Under the pieces are notes generated by a model. It made no database searches and was not told the DNA's origin. It saw only the letters and a program-made list of their open reading frames with translations. 64,000 nt of DNA from Candidatus Gottesmanbacteria bacterium RIFCSPLOWO2_01_FULL_42_22 (lineage in GTDB: Bacteria > Patescibacteriota > Microgenomatia > 2-02-FULL-39-11). How positions within the stretch are numbered: position 1 is the first letter of the stretch; each line of letters begins with the position of its first letter. Location of the stretch: NCBI GenBank assembly GCA_001779315.1, contig MFJU01000028.1, positions 614 through 64,613 on the forward strand, in the 5' to 3' direction. Positions 17,749-27,039 of the stretch are shown piece by piece. Both the position numbers and the translations under genes were made by a program.

Positions 17749-18357
17749 ATGCCCAAGGAGACTGAAATGAAGCTTTTTGAGCTTCTGACACATCTGTTTG
17801 AATGGTTGTTAGATCACCCGATTACCGCCCTTATCATCTTTGTCGGGATCGTAGTTACGGTTGTTTTAATCGTAATCTCGGTCAAATGGGCTAGGGGCGG
17901 TCCCAGATCCTTGGTGATCTTCGCTGTGAGCATCCTCTTCTTCGGGGTGTTCTTTCTCTGCCTGGTGGTCTCGATTATCTTTTCGAGCTGGGTCGGAACA
18001 TATTTGGCCAATCTAGTTATCACCAGGTATGGTCAAACGATAGAGGATGCAGAAAACATACTGCCGGATGGGATTCAGAGCGCACCCACGCCAGGAAGTG
18101 GCGGTAATGACGGTGGTGGCCAAAGCTGGCTCCCTGGACCATACGTGATTGACCACGCTTCCGGCTCATCCACCCTTCGTGAAGGATCAAGCGCAGAAAC
18201 ACAATCTCTTGGGGAGATCCCAAATGGCACTTCCGTTGAGGTCATCGAGTTTCAAGACAGCAACTGCCTCGATGAGGTGTGCTTTCGCGCACATATAAAA
18301 GCGCAAGGGAATTTTCCCGAAGGCTGGGTCCACGCTTCGACCCTCAAAAAGCCGTAG
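17749..18357 (+). CDS. membrane protein (2 TM) with a C-terminal soluble domain
   Basis: Hydrophobic helices; C-terminal region SH3-like by composition only. Confidence 0.5.
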   Translation: MPKETEMKLFELLTHLFEWLLDHPITALIIFVGIVVTVVLIVISVKWARGGPRSLVIFAVSILFFGVFFLCLVVSIIFSSWVGTYLANLVITRYGQTIEDAENILPDGIQSAPTPGSGGNDGGGQSWLPGPYVIDHASGSSTLREGSSAETQSLGEIPNGTSVEVIEFQDSNCLDEVCFRAHIKAQGNFPEGWVHASTLKKP

Positions 18358-18701
18358 CGTGTCCAGCTATCACCCCGAGCAGGCCGCCTGTCCTTACCCT
18401 AGCACTATCGCTAGGCGGCCTGCCTCGACGGCAAATCCTTCATTCACTAACCCGTGTCTGTGCTGCAACATATGAGTTTAAAAAGAGTCAATCCGGCCAA
18501 ATTAGGCCTCTATTCCTGAACAGGAAGACTCACTCACACAAGCAGCACAGACACAAATTTTTATATTGTTCCATTAAAAGGCAAATTGGATAATAATATT
18601 TACTTTGTCGCGTACACATGCTACAATTTGTTTTTTAATGATATAATATAACGAATTTTTTTGTATGAACTTTGATTATAAATTTCGTTAAGGAGGAAAA
18701 A

Positions 18702-19163
18702 ATGGTAGGAGAAGAAAATGGTATAGTTCGCTGGCATGAACAGGATAATTGGGGAGAATGGACAAATGAACAACAAAATCCTGAACAACCCCTTTCTGCA
18801 CCTGAACCAGGTGTTGATTACACAACAGGATTTGCCGGAAATGCCGGTAAAGAAATACGTGCTGTGGGTTCTGACCTTGGATATTTTACCGGACGAGGTG
18901 TACGAAACTTTGTATTGCAGGGATTGGCAGATTGGGCAAATCCGCCTGCAGAAGTGAAAGCTCGGAAAGTTCCAAAAGAAAAAGGCCCTTCATTCGGTCA
19001 AAAAGCCAGAGAAGCAACTGGCAGAGCTGCCAGAAGAGGGGCCAATGCTGCAATGCGTACCATCTTTGATTTCATGAGACGCCGATCTTCCGGCGAGGTT
19101 TCCCTCGGATTTCCTGTTGATGATATCGTGGAAGGTGAATTCAAAGACGTTACAGATCAATAA
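18702..19163 (+). CDS. hypothetical protein; shares an N-terminal DNWGxW motif with the next gene
   Basis: Strong SD (AAGGAGGAAAAAATG). The track ORF starts at 18672. Confidence 0.55.
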   Translation: MVGEENGIVRWHEQDNWGEWTNEQQNPEQPLSAPEPGVDYTTGFAGNAGKEIRAVGSDLGYFTGRGVRNFVLQGLADWANPPAEVKARKVPKEKGPSFGQKAREATGRAARRGANAAMRTIFDFMRRRSSGEVSLGFPVDDIVEGEFKDVTDQ

Positions 19164-19180
19164 TATTACATATATATAAT

Positions 19181-20683
19181 ATGAGCTATTTTGAAAGTGG
19201 TGATTGGCTAGGTCAAAGACCAGCAAAAGTTATAGGACAACCATCAAGCCAAGCTGGAGATTCATTTTTAACTCGAGACAACTGGGGTACTTGGGATTCG
19301 CAACCTACACAATATGCACTTGTACCCGTACAAAATCCTGACGATGGAGTCGATTTTTTTGACGCCGCAGGCAGAATAATAGCAGCCAAATACCTCACCA
19401 AACCGGGAAAACATGGAGAACCAAGTTTTGTTGACAGACAACAGGAAAAATTGGTACATCAATTAAACAGAAGTATGAGTTTATTCGGCGCCATGACGGA
19501 ACCGGTAGTAAATCCTTTCCCCGCCAATTTTAATCCGTTAATAGGTACTATTGCCCAACAGTATATTGATTTATTGCCAAGTGATGCTTTTACACCGACA
19601 CAGTTTGATACTCAAGTTGATTTGGACACAAGATTATTGGCCGAAAGGCTAAAATCAGGTAAATTGGATAAGGATTATGATATTACAGATGACGAGCGCC
19701 TGATTGCCCATGAAATCAATACTCTCATTGGTGCATATCCGGCCGCCAAGTTAGCTGAAATACTTAAAACACATGTCTTTGGCCGCGCCAATGATATCGT
19801 AGCATTAAGACATGCTAACAGGTTTACACACCTACAGCAAAGCCTTGCTAACGGAATGGAGAAATTAAATAGAATACAACCGGACAGATGGTTTGCTGTT
19901 GATTGGCTGACAAATTATCTATTGTTCACACCTGAAGAAAGGAAAGATTTACAAAATACCATCTGGACTATCACACCTACCCAAGTACACGTTAAAAGCA
20001 TTAGCAGGCTTGCTGAGGATGCCATAAGATATCCTCTAACAAATTTTAGTCCTCATGGAGGAAGCGATGATAGAATTTATGTCCAGGATGGAACTATGAA
20101 CTATGTTGATCGTTTAAGGAGCATAGGTATTCCTCAACTGCAACCTGCCATAAATACTTGGGCAAGAACGGGTATAGGTGGTCTGGTCGTATTCAGAAGC
20201 CTAAGAAGAGATGAAGAGGTAGCTAGATTCGGAGTCAGGAATTCTGCAGCTACATCAGATGCTATAAATAAATTAGGTGAAGTGGCAGGTAGCTATAAAT
20301 GGACTCTGGATAGAATGACCGAAAGTCTCAGAAACCCGGAAGGGGCTTATAAGTATCCTATCCGTCCCAATATGATCTTAGGATTGCTGCCCGACCCGCT
20401 TGTAACTGAAATTGATTTTAGAATAAGAAATAATGAAATTGATTGGGCATCCGGTTTGCCCCAGATTGCACAGGTTAAACAAGACTTAAAAGCACAATTA
20501 ACCGCTGCTGCCTTAAGAGCCGCTACCAATATCAGACCGGATGGAACCGTACCAAAGACCATGCAAGCTCCGGTTGATGAAGTTTCAAAACAGATTACAA
20601 CATGGAGTGGTGCGGAAGAAAGAATTAAAGGAAAAATTTCTCCTCCTGCAAAAAAATCAAGGAGCAGAAGGAGCCAAGATTAA
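19181..20683 (+). CDS. hypothetical 500-aa protein with a DNWGTW N-terminal motif
   Basis: Clean ORF, same operon. Confidence 0.6.
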   Translation: MSYFESGDWLGQRPAKVIGQPSSQAGDSFLTRDNWGTWDSQPTQYALVPVQNPDDGVDFFDAAGRIIAAKYLTKPGKHGEPSFVDRQQEKLVHQLNRSMSLFGAMTEPVVNPFPANFNPLIGTIAQQYIDLLPSDAFTPTQFDTQVDLDTRLLAERLKSGKLDKDYDITDDERLIAHEINTLIGAYPAAKLAEILKTHVFGRANDIVALRHANRFTHLQQSLANGMEKLNRIQPDRWFAVDWLTNYLLFTPEERKDLQNTIWTITPTQVHVKSISRLAEDAIRYPLTNFSPHGGSDDRIYVQDGTMNYVDRLRSIGIPQLQPAINTWARTGIGGLVVFRSLRRDEEVARFGVRNSAATSDAINKLGEVAGSYKWTLDRMTESLRNPEGAYKYPIRPNMILGLLPDPLVTEIDFRIRNNEIDWASGLPQIAQVKQDLKAQLTAAALRAATNIRPDGTVPKTMQAPVDEVSKQITTWSGAEERIKGKISPPAKKSRSRRSQD

Positions 20684-20698
20684 AAGAAAGGAAATATA

Positions 20699-21289
20699 AT
20701 GAAACCAAAAGAAATGGCATCTCAATCACATCAACCTGCTGCTCCAGCTTCTCCTCTTGAAGCTTTCAGTCAATTAAGATATAAACAAGTTCAATACTTG
20801 CAGAAATACTTTCCCGGATTAGAACCATCACACATTGTTGATCTTTTGAATACTTTTGCTCCAACAGCAGAACAAAAAGACCGTGCTGAACAGGCAGAGG
20901 AGTTACATCAGGCGAAAGCAAAAAGACATGACTTATCTGCCGGATTAGGTAATCTTTTAGTTGATGCTGAAAGGAGATTACAAACCACGATTGCAGAAAG
21001 CCAGAAACCTCATCCTCCAAGCGGAGTAAGAAAGTTTGTTGACCAACTGCTTCAACCCCTTACAGCTTTAAGTCAGGAAGCACAAAAAAAACGGGAGGGT
21101 CTGACAGGAATTCTTTTTAAGGATACTACTGAAGATACCCAGCCTATAAAAGTCGGAGAATCTGCTCAACAAGCAGACGTTCCTCCTTTTTTACAAAAGC
21201 ATGCAGTCCGTGCTGCATTATCATTTGATATTGATGAAAAACCCGAAAGTGGTAAGCAGAGGAATATTTGGGATAGAAGCGAGTGGTAA
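20699..21289 (+). CDS. hypothetical protein (196 aa)
   Basis: Clean ORF, 16 bp after the previous stop. Confidence 0.55.
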   Translation: MKPKEMASQSHQPAAPASPLEAFSQLRYKQVQYLQKYFPGLEPSHIVDLLNTFAPTAEQKDRAEQAEELHQAKAKRHDLSAGLGNLLVDAERRLQTTIAESQKPHPPSGVRKFVDQLLQPLTALSQEAQKKREGLTGILFKDTTEDTQPIKVGESAQQADVPPFLQKHAVRAALSFDIDEKPESGKQRNIWDRSEW

Positions 21290-21421
21290 AATATAAGTCA
21301 GGTGTATATCGATATTGTTTTCAAAAAGAACAATGTCCTACTCCCTCTATTCTTCAATTTATCCGCTCGTCTCCCGATACAATCGGGACTGATGAAAAAT
21401 TATATGCTATACTATTCTCAC

Positions 21422-21804
21422 ATGAAAGAAGAAGCTGAATTATGGTTTAATTTGGCTGTAGAAGATTGGGAAAATGCACTTCTTTTATGGAAAAACACCG
21501 CTACGGCTTGACAATATTTTCCTGCCAGCAAGCTGTCGAAAAAATTCTTAAAGCTTATATTGTTGAATATAAACGTAAAGTACCGCCTAAAACTCACCGT
21601 ATAGAAGATCTTATTGAAATAGCAGGTCTTAATCTAACCGAAATCCAAAATCCTCAAGTAATTGAACTTTCCAAAGCTTATATCAGGGTCCGTTATCCTG
21701 ACTTGAATAAACAATATTTCAAATCAAAAGAACTTACTGAGCCATTGTATAATATGGCCGAAGGAGTTTATCTATGGGTAAAAAGCAAATTCAAAAAGCC
21801 TTAA
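21422..21804 (+). pseudogene. HEPN-domain protein interrupted by a -1 frameshift in an A5 run (21491..21495)
   Basis: Frame A reads MKEEAELWFNLAVEDWENALLLWK. Frame B reads HRYGLTIFSCQQAVEKILKAY...KTHRIEDL. One extra A restores a typical HEPN. Could instead be a homopolymer sequencing error. Confidence 0.55.
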
Positions 21805-22091
21805 AAATATTTACAGAGCGAGCAAAAAAGAAATTCAATCCTGAACAGATCTTTTTATTTGGATCGTATGCTCGTGGCCAAGCTAATGAATATAGCGATG
21901 TTGATCTTATTGTCATCTCCAAAATATTTGTCAAAATTCCCCAAGAAAAACGGTTGGATATTCTCTACGATCTTACAAAGGGTCTTCGTCCAGATTTCCA
22001 TGTATATGGTTTTACCAAAAATGAGCTGGAAAAAGCTTCTCCTTTGACTACTTTGGGTGAAGCCAAAAAAACCGGTATTAGGTTAAGCTGA
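21774..22091 (+). CDS. minimal nucleotidyltransferase (MNT) partner of the upstream HEPN
   Basis: FLFGSYARGQANEYSDVDLIVIS NTase motif. Confidence 0.65.
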   Translation: MGKKQIQKALKIFTERAKKKFNPEQIFLFGSYARGQANEYSDVDLIVISKIFVKIPQEKRLDILYDLTKGLRPDFHVYGFTKNELEKASPLTTLGEAKKTGIRLS

Positions 22092-22125
22092 TTAGTTACG
22101 GCGAGGTGAAACGAAACGGGCGGAA

Positions 22126-22368
22126 TTATTCCTGGGTTTTATCTTTTCTTTCAAAAGCAGGACGATAACCAGGCTCTCCGGGAAGCGCTGTTGTTTCCCC
22201 CGGTTCAAAACCATGCAAATTCTCATATTCCGCAGCGGCATGATCTCCGAAACGTTCCCTGGTATGAGTAGTTTCTATTCTCCCCTTAAGATTACTCCCT
22301 CCTGCCTGATCTAACTCTTCTGGACTTCTGGGTCTTACAGGTGGAATTATTTTTGGGATTTCACTCAT
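22126..22368 (-). CDS. small hypothetical protein
   Basis: ORF only. Confidence 0.35.
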   Translation of the reverse strand: MSEIPKIIPPVRPRSPEELDQAGGSNLKGRIETTHTRERFGDHAAAEYENLHGFEPGETTALPGEPGYRPAFERKDKTQE

Positions 22369-22436
22369 TTTAAAATATTATACTATCTCTTTCATATTAT
22401 ATATTTTCCCTATACTCCAAAATAATTTATACTATA

Positions 22437-22778
22437 TTACCTTACTCTTCTAGTTATTTTCTGATTTGCTCTTGTCAAAGTTCCATCTCTTCTTACTCCA
22501 CCAATACTTGTCACTATTCCTCTATCAGTTAATACATCATATTCACTTATTGCTGGTCGTTCGTCAGGAATTTCCGGACCATAATTCAAAATTATCAATT
22601 TGGTTTTACACTCATCATAAGGTCCATCTGGTTCACGCATTTTTCTTCTCGCATTCGGTGGAACCTCGGTCCCCAGTTCCGGAAAAACATCAATTAACTC
22701 ATCAGGCGGAGTATGGAAATCTCGAAAAGAAGACTTTCCTCCTCCCGCAATATCTCTAGGGCTTTTGATTTCTAACAT
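22437..22778 (-). CDS. small hypothetical protein
   Basis: ORF only. Confidence 0.4.
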   Translation of the reverse strand: MLEIKSPRDIAGGGKSSFRDFHTPPDELIDVFPELGTEVPPNARRKMREPDGPYDECKTKLIILNYGPEIPDERPAISEYDVLTDRGIVTSIGGVRRDGTLTRANQKITRRVR

Positions 22779-22878
22779 ATAGATAAGGAATTATACAATA
22801 ATCTGATAATATCAAAAAATGTTTAAATTTCTTACAGCTTGAGGGATTTGAGGCAGTTTTTAAAGCCGGCTTGCCACC

Positions 22879-24294
22879 TCAATAGTAGACTGGATTTGAA
22901 AATTTGAAGCCAAAAAGGAAGAAAACGGCTAGGCCGAGAATGAAATAAATAATCAGCCAGACAACCGTCAGAACAACGGTTAATACCCCCCAACCCATTC
23001 CCTTTTTATATCCGTAATACAGCCCCGGAATGAATAAACCGACTATATAAACGCAGAAAGAAATTATCATTGCCGCTACTCTCAACAACATGGCAATCTG
23101 ATAATCGGCATAATTCAAATAGTTAAAGAGGAGAATTAATAAAATACCGTAACCGCCCAAAATCAGTGATGAAATAAAAGATATGCCTGCTGCCATAACT
23201 GCCCGTATACTGTTGTCTTCTTGGGTCTGATCGGACTTAATTTCCTTTTTTAAGGCGCTCCCACGTACATATTTCAGGATTTTTCTAGCCAGCAATGTAA
23301 TTAAAGCCAGCACCAGCAATATGCCAAATACTGAAACTATTATTTCTTTCCCGTATAACTTAAATCGGGAATTGGCGTAGATCCCGCTGACTTTATAAGA
23401 TTCAAGGGGTGCTAGGTTAGCCGCATTCTTCACAATCGCACCCTGGCCTATCTGGGAAATAACGTTATCTATAGCAGAGCTTGCAAAAGCCCCTCCTCCT
23501 TTTGCTTGCGGGGATTTCATCAACATTTCGCTGTTGGCGTATCTGTAACCGACTTCCCCCTGGCCGCCTTTGATGAACATATCCGCATCAGTCGAGATGC
23601 CTATATTGAGATTATTAATGGCATTGGCTGCCTTCAAAGACTCAATGGTAAATTTATAAGCTCCGAAAAAGTTTTTCCGGGCAAAACCTAAAGCCCTGAA
23701 ATAAACCAAAAAAGCCCCGGATTTTTCATTCTGAATCGGCTTTGGCAGAAAGATTTCCAGTGTATCGAGGCTATAATTATATTTGGCTCTCTGGTATTTC
23801 CCTCCGCCGTAATAGTCAAAATAATCGGGCTCACTGTACTCTAAACATCCCGGATTATATTTTAAAGGCATCCCTATCCCTTCCGGATTAAGCGGTCTCT
23901 GGGCATATCTCATACAGTAGCCCTGGGCGGTAATCTGGTAAGCGGCTATATCGGAAGGGAGTATTCTGGATGGCAACCTCAAGGAAACGGCAGTTAATTC
24001 CGATCCGTCCGGATTTAAGTTTGATAATGCAACTTTCAAAGTCACTACGGCTTCCCCATTGCCCCGCAAGACCACGGAATAATCGTGATTTTCACCGCTA
24101 AAATGCGGGGGCCGTCTGTCCGGTACCGGATAATATTCCGGAGCGATTTTCAGTTGGGCCGGTTCTGTTTGTTCGACAACATCCGGGTATCCGGACGGAG
24201 CAAGAAATATTTCCTGGGCGAAACCTGAAGACGGAATATTCAATAATACGAGACTCAAAATAAACGCAGAAACTGCCAAAAATAATTTCCTCAT
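22879..24294 (-). CDS. secreted protein with a C-terminal polytopic membrane domain
   Basis: Signal peptide. At least 5 C-terminal TM helices. Confidence 0.6.
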   Translation of the reverse strand: MRKLFLAVSAFILSLVLLNIPSSGFAQEIFLAPSGYPDVVEQTEPAQLKIAPEYYPVPDRRPPHFSGENHDYSVVLRGNGEAVVTLKVALSNLNPDGSELTAVSLRLPSRILPSDIAAYQITAQGYCMRYAQRPLNPEGIGMPLKYNPGCLEYSEPDYFDYYGGGKYQRAKYNYSLDTLEIFLPKPIQNEKSGAFLVYFRALGFARKNFFGAYKFTIESLKAANAINNLNIGISTDADMFIKGGQGEVGYRYANSEMLMKSPQAKGGGAFASSAIDNVISQIGQGAIVKNAANLAPLESYKVSGIYANSRFKLYGKEIIVSVFGILLVLALITLLARKILKYVRGSALKKEIKSDQTQEDNSIRAVMAAGISFISSLILGGYGILLILLFNYLNYADYQIAMLLRVAAMIISFCVYIVGLFIPGLYYGYKKGMGWGVLTVVLTVVWLIIYFILGLAVFFLFGFKFSNPVYY

Positions 24295-24358
24295 TTATGT
24301 TAATTAATCCACAAAATTCAGTCTCTGTCAATAAGCCTAAACAATCTTGCAGGCGATT

Positions 24359-25243
24359 TTAGAGTTTGAGGGATTTGAGGTAGTCTTTGAGTTGGCCGTT
24401 GATCTCGGGGTGTTTGAGGGCCAGATCGATAACTGTCCTCAAATATTCGAACTTATTGCCGGTGTCGTAATAATGGGCATTGTCGATTTCGCAGACCAAG
24501 ACTTTTTCTATCTTAATCAGCTGGTCTATCGCGTCCGGAAGCCATAATTCTCCGCCTTTGCCCGGTTTCAAGTTCTCAATAATCGGGAAAATCTCCGGCG
24601 GCAGGATATAAGCGCCGTGAGCAGCCAGATTGGAAGGAGCTCTATTAGGATCCGGTTTTTCGATTATCTGCAATACCTGGTAAACATTGTCCTCGATATG
24701 TTTAACCTCGGCGATACCGTAACGGGCCAGGTCCTTTTTGGATTTTATCCTGACGCCTGAGATGACCGGAGAACCGTATTTTTCATAGACATCAATCATT
24801 TGCTTCAATCTCGGAGGATTGGCATGAATAAATTCATCTCCCCATAAAACGGCAAACGGCTCGTTGCCGACGACATTCCTGGCGCACATGACCGGTGTGG
24901 CATTGCCATACGGCCCTTTTTGGCGGACATAAATGAAATTGGCCATATTGGCAATGCGGCGTACTTCGGAAAGCTCTTTTTCCTTGCCGGCTTCCTTTAA
25001 ACGCTGTTCCAGTTCATAAGGATAATCGAAATGATCCTCGATTGAACGCTTGTGCCAGCCTGTGATCATAACAATATCGGTAATGCCGGACTCAACGATT
25101 TCTTCAACCACATATTGGATTACCGGCTTATCTACAATCGGCAGCATTTCCTTGGGCATGGCTTTTGTCTGGGGCAAAAAGCGCGTTCCGAAACCCGCGG
25201 CTGGGATGACGGCCTTGCGGATAGAAACTGATTTTTTCTTCAT
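24359..25243 (-). CDS. galU: UTP--glucose-1-phosphate uridylyltransferase
   Basis: AVIPAAGFGTRFLPQTKAMPKEMLPIVDKPVIQY is the GalU signature. Confidence 0.85.
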   Translation of the reverse strand: MKKKSVSIRKAVIPAAGFGTRFLPQTKAMPKEMLPIVDKPVIQYVVEEIVESGITDIVMITGWHKRSIEDHFDYPYELEQRLKEAGKEKELSEVRRIANMANFIYVRQKGPYGNATPVMCARNVVGNEPFAVLWGDEFIHANPPRLKQMIDVYEKYGSPVISGVRIKSKKDLARYGIAEVKHIEDNVYQVLQIIEKPDPNRAPSNLAAHGAYILPPEIFPIIENLKPGKGGELWLPDAIDQLIKIEKVLVCEIDNAHYYDTGNKFEYLRTVIDLALKHPEINGQLKDYLKSLKL

Positions 25244-25317
25244 TAAATGATGACTAGTATAGTAATAAAGTTAGCTTTACAAGTCAACTTTTATCTGCTA
25301 GACTCGGAACTTACTTT

Positions 25318-25539
25318 ATGGCAAACCAACCCTCGCCCATGATGCCAGATTTTAAGGGAAATCCGGCGATTTTTTTAAAGGAGGTTAAAAGCGAATTAAG
25401 CAAAGTCATCTGGCCGACCCGCGACCAGGTCATCCGCTTCACTTTTGTGGTGATAGCGGTTTCCATCGTCTTCGGTTTCTATATCGGCGGCCTTGACCTG
25501 ATTTTTACTAAAATGACCAATCTTCTGGTAGGCAAATAA
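25318..25539 (+). CDS. secE: preprotein translocase subunit SecE
   Basis: Small single-TM protein with KVIWPTRDQV. Canonical position upstream of nusG. Confidence 0.75.
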   Translation: MANQPSPMMPDFKGNPAIFLKEVKSELSKVIWPTRDQVIRFTFVVIAVSIVFGFYIGGLDLIFTKMTNLLVGK

Positions 25540-25554
25540 GACAGACAGTATAAT

Positions 25555-26229
25555 ATGCTTATGGCAGACAAAGATAAAAAAGTAAAGAAAGACGAGGCTG
25601 AAAATCCTGCAGCCGAGGCAACTCCCGCAGATTCTTCCACGGACACACCGGCTGAAACACCGGCTGATGATTCCGACGCTCCCTCCGTGAAACCTATCGA
25701 AGAAAAAAAAGGCCAGTGGTTTGTAGTCCATACCTATTCCGGACATGAAAACAAGGCGGCCGAGGCTCTCAAACAAAGAGTGGCGGCCATGAATCTGGAA
25801 AAGAAAATCTTTGAGGTATTGGTGCCGACGAGAAATATCGTCCTTGTCCGCCACGGCAAAAAGGAAGAAACCAAGGAAAAAATCTTCCCCGGCTATATCC
25901 TGGTGCGCATGACTTTGGACGATGAAAGCTGGCTGGCAGTAAGAACTACCCAGGGAGTGACCGCCTTTGTCGGCATGGGCAATAAACCGACCCCGATTTC
26001 CGATAAGGAAGTCATGGCCATCATGAAATTCATGGAGCTCGAGGCTCCCAAATTCAGAGCCAAATTCTCCAAAGGCGAGGCAGTCAAGATTGTCGACGGG
26101 CCTTTTGCCGATTTCCTGGGAACGATCGACCACATCGACGAAGAAAAAGGCAAAGTCAAAGTGCTCGTCTCAATTTTTGGCCGCGAAACCCCGGTCGAGC
26201 TCGATTTCCTGCAGATTAGGAAATTATAA
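25555..26229 (+). CDS. nusG: transcription termination/antitermination factor NusG with an acidic N-terminal extension
   Basis: WFVVHTYSGHENKA NGN domain and a C-terminal KOW (GEAVKIVDGPFADFLGTI). Confidence 0.85.
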   Translation: MLMADKDKKVKKDEAENPAAEATPADSSTDTPAETPADDSDAPSVKPIEEKKGQWFVVHTYSGHENKAAEALKQRVAAMNLEKKIFEVLVPTRNIVLVRHGKKEETKEKIFPGYILVRMTLDDESWLAVRTTQGVTAFVGMGNKPTPISDKEVMAIMKFMELEAPKFRAKFSKGEAVKIVDGPFADFLGTIDHIDEEKGKVKVLVSIFGRETPVELDFLQIRKL

Positions 26230-26258
26230 TCTGACACATTCCCCTAAGGAAATTATAT

Positions 26259-26541
26259 ATGAGAAAAAATAAAAAATTAAAGTTTATTCCAAAATTTAAA
26301 AATGAAGACGAAGAACGAGAGTTTTGGGCAACAACTGATTCTTCAGAATATTTTGATTGGTCAAAAGCTGAAAAAGTCACCTTTCTCAATCTGAAGCCTT
26401 CTACGGAAACCATTTCTGCTGAGACTGCCTCAGTTTTTACTGGCCCGTATTAAACAACTGGCGAATTCCAAAGATGTCCCCTATCAGTCTCTGATGAAAA
26501 TCTATTTGGCTGAAAGGATTGAAAAAGAGCTGAATAAATAA
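26259..26541 (+). pseudogene. BrnA-like antitoxin interrupted by a +1 frameshift near 26418
   Basis: Frame A ends NLKPSTETIS. Frame B gives LRLPQFLLARIKQLANSKDVPYQSLMKIYLAERIEKE (BrnA-like ISLRLP...PYQSL). Deleting g26418 fuses them. No BrnT partner is seen. Confidence 0.5.
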
Positions 26542-26618
26542 AAGTATTCCCGGTTGAATTACCACACCTATCCTTTCTATCCTGGCTAAATGAAGAGCCT
26601 GACTCTACTTGGAATTAA

Positions 26619-26843
26619 TTACGGAGCCAGGACTGATGGAGCCGTCAGGGTTTCAATCGGGGAATTTGAGGCGGGGGTAGCCAGATTTGAAAGCTTGTAA
26701 GTATGCTCCAAATCACTGCCTTTTGAAGAGATACCGCTAAGACGAAGGAAGAGTGAGGCGGTGATGAAAATAAGCCCGAGAAGTGTCCCCCAAATAAGTT
26801 TGGTCTTGGAAAAAGCTAACTCCGTGGACCCCGTTTTTTTCAA
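26619..26843 (-). CDS. small membrane protein
   Basis: One TM helix. Confidence 0.4.
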   Translation of the reverse strand: MKKTGSTELAFSKTKLIWGTLLGLIFITASLFLRLSGISSKGSDLEHTYKLSNLATPASNSPIETLTAPSVLAP

Positions 26844-27039
26844 GATGTAAGGTACTTTATCCGAATAACTTTAGACTGTCAAATAGATGAGAATCTATAT
26901 TTAGTTTTCCTGCAGATTAAACTTTATAATTTTATAAATAACCTATAATTTAGATTAGTCAGCATGATTCCGAAATTCGACAGCCATCCAATCATTATCT
27001 TGAGATTTTGCGTAAATAGAATATAATCCGTTAAAAATT

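Noticed and set aside
15021-21289. Conjugative/T4SS or prophage interpretation of the M23-protein block
   Set aside because: No VirB4/VirD4-type ATPases, relaxase, terminase, portal or capsid-like genes are recognisable. The island hypothesis rests only on flanking TA pairs.
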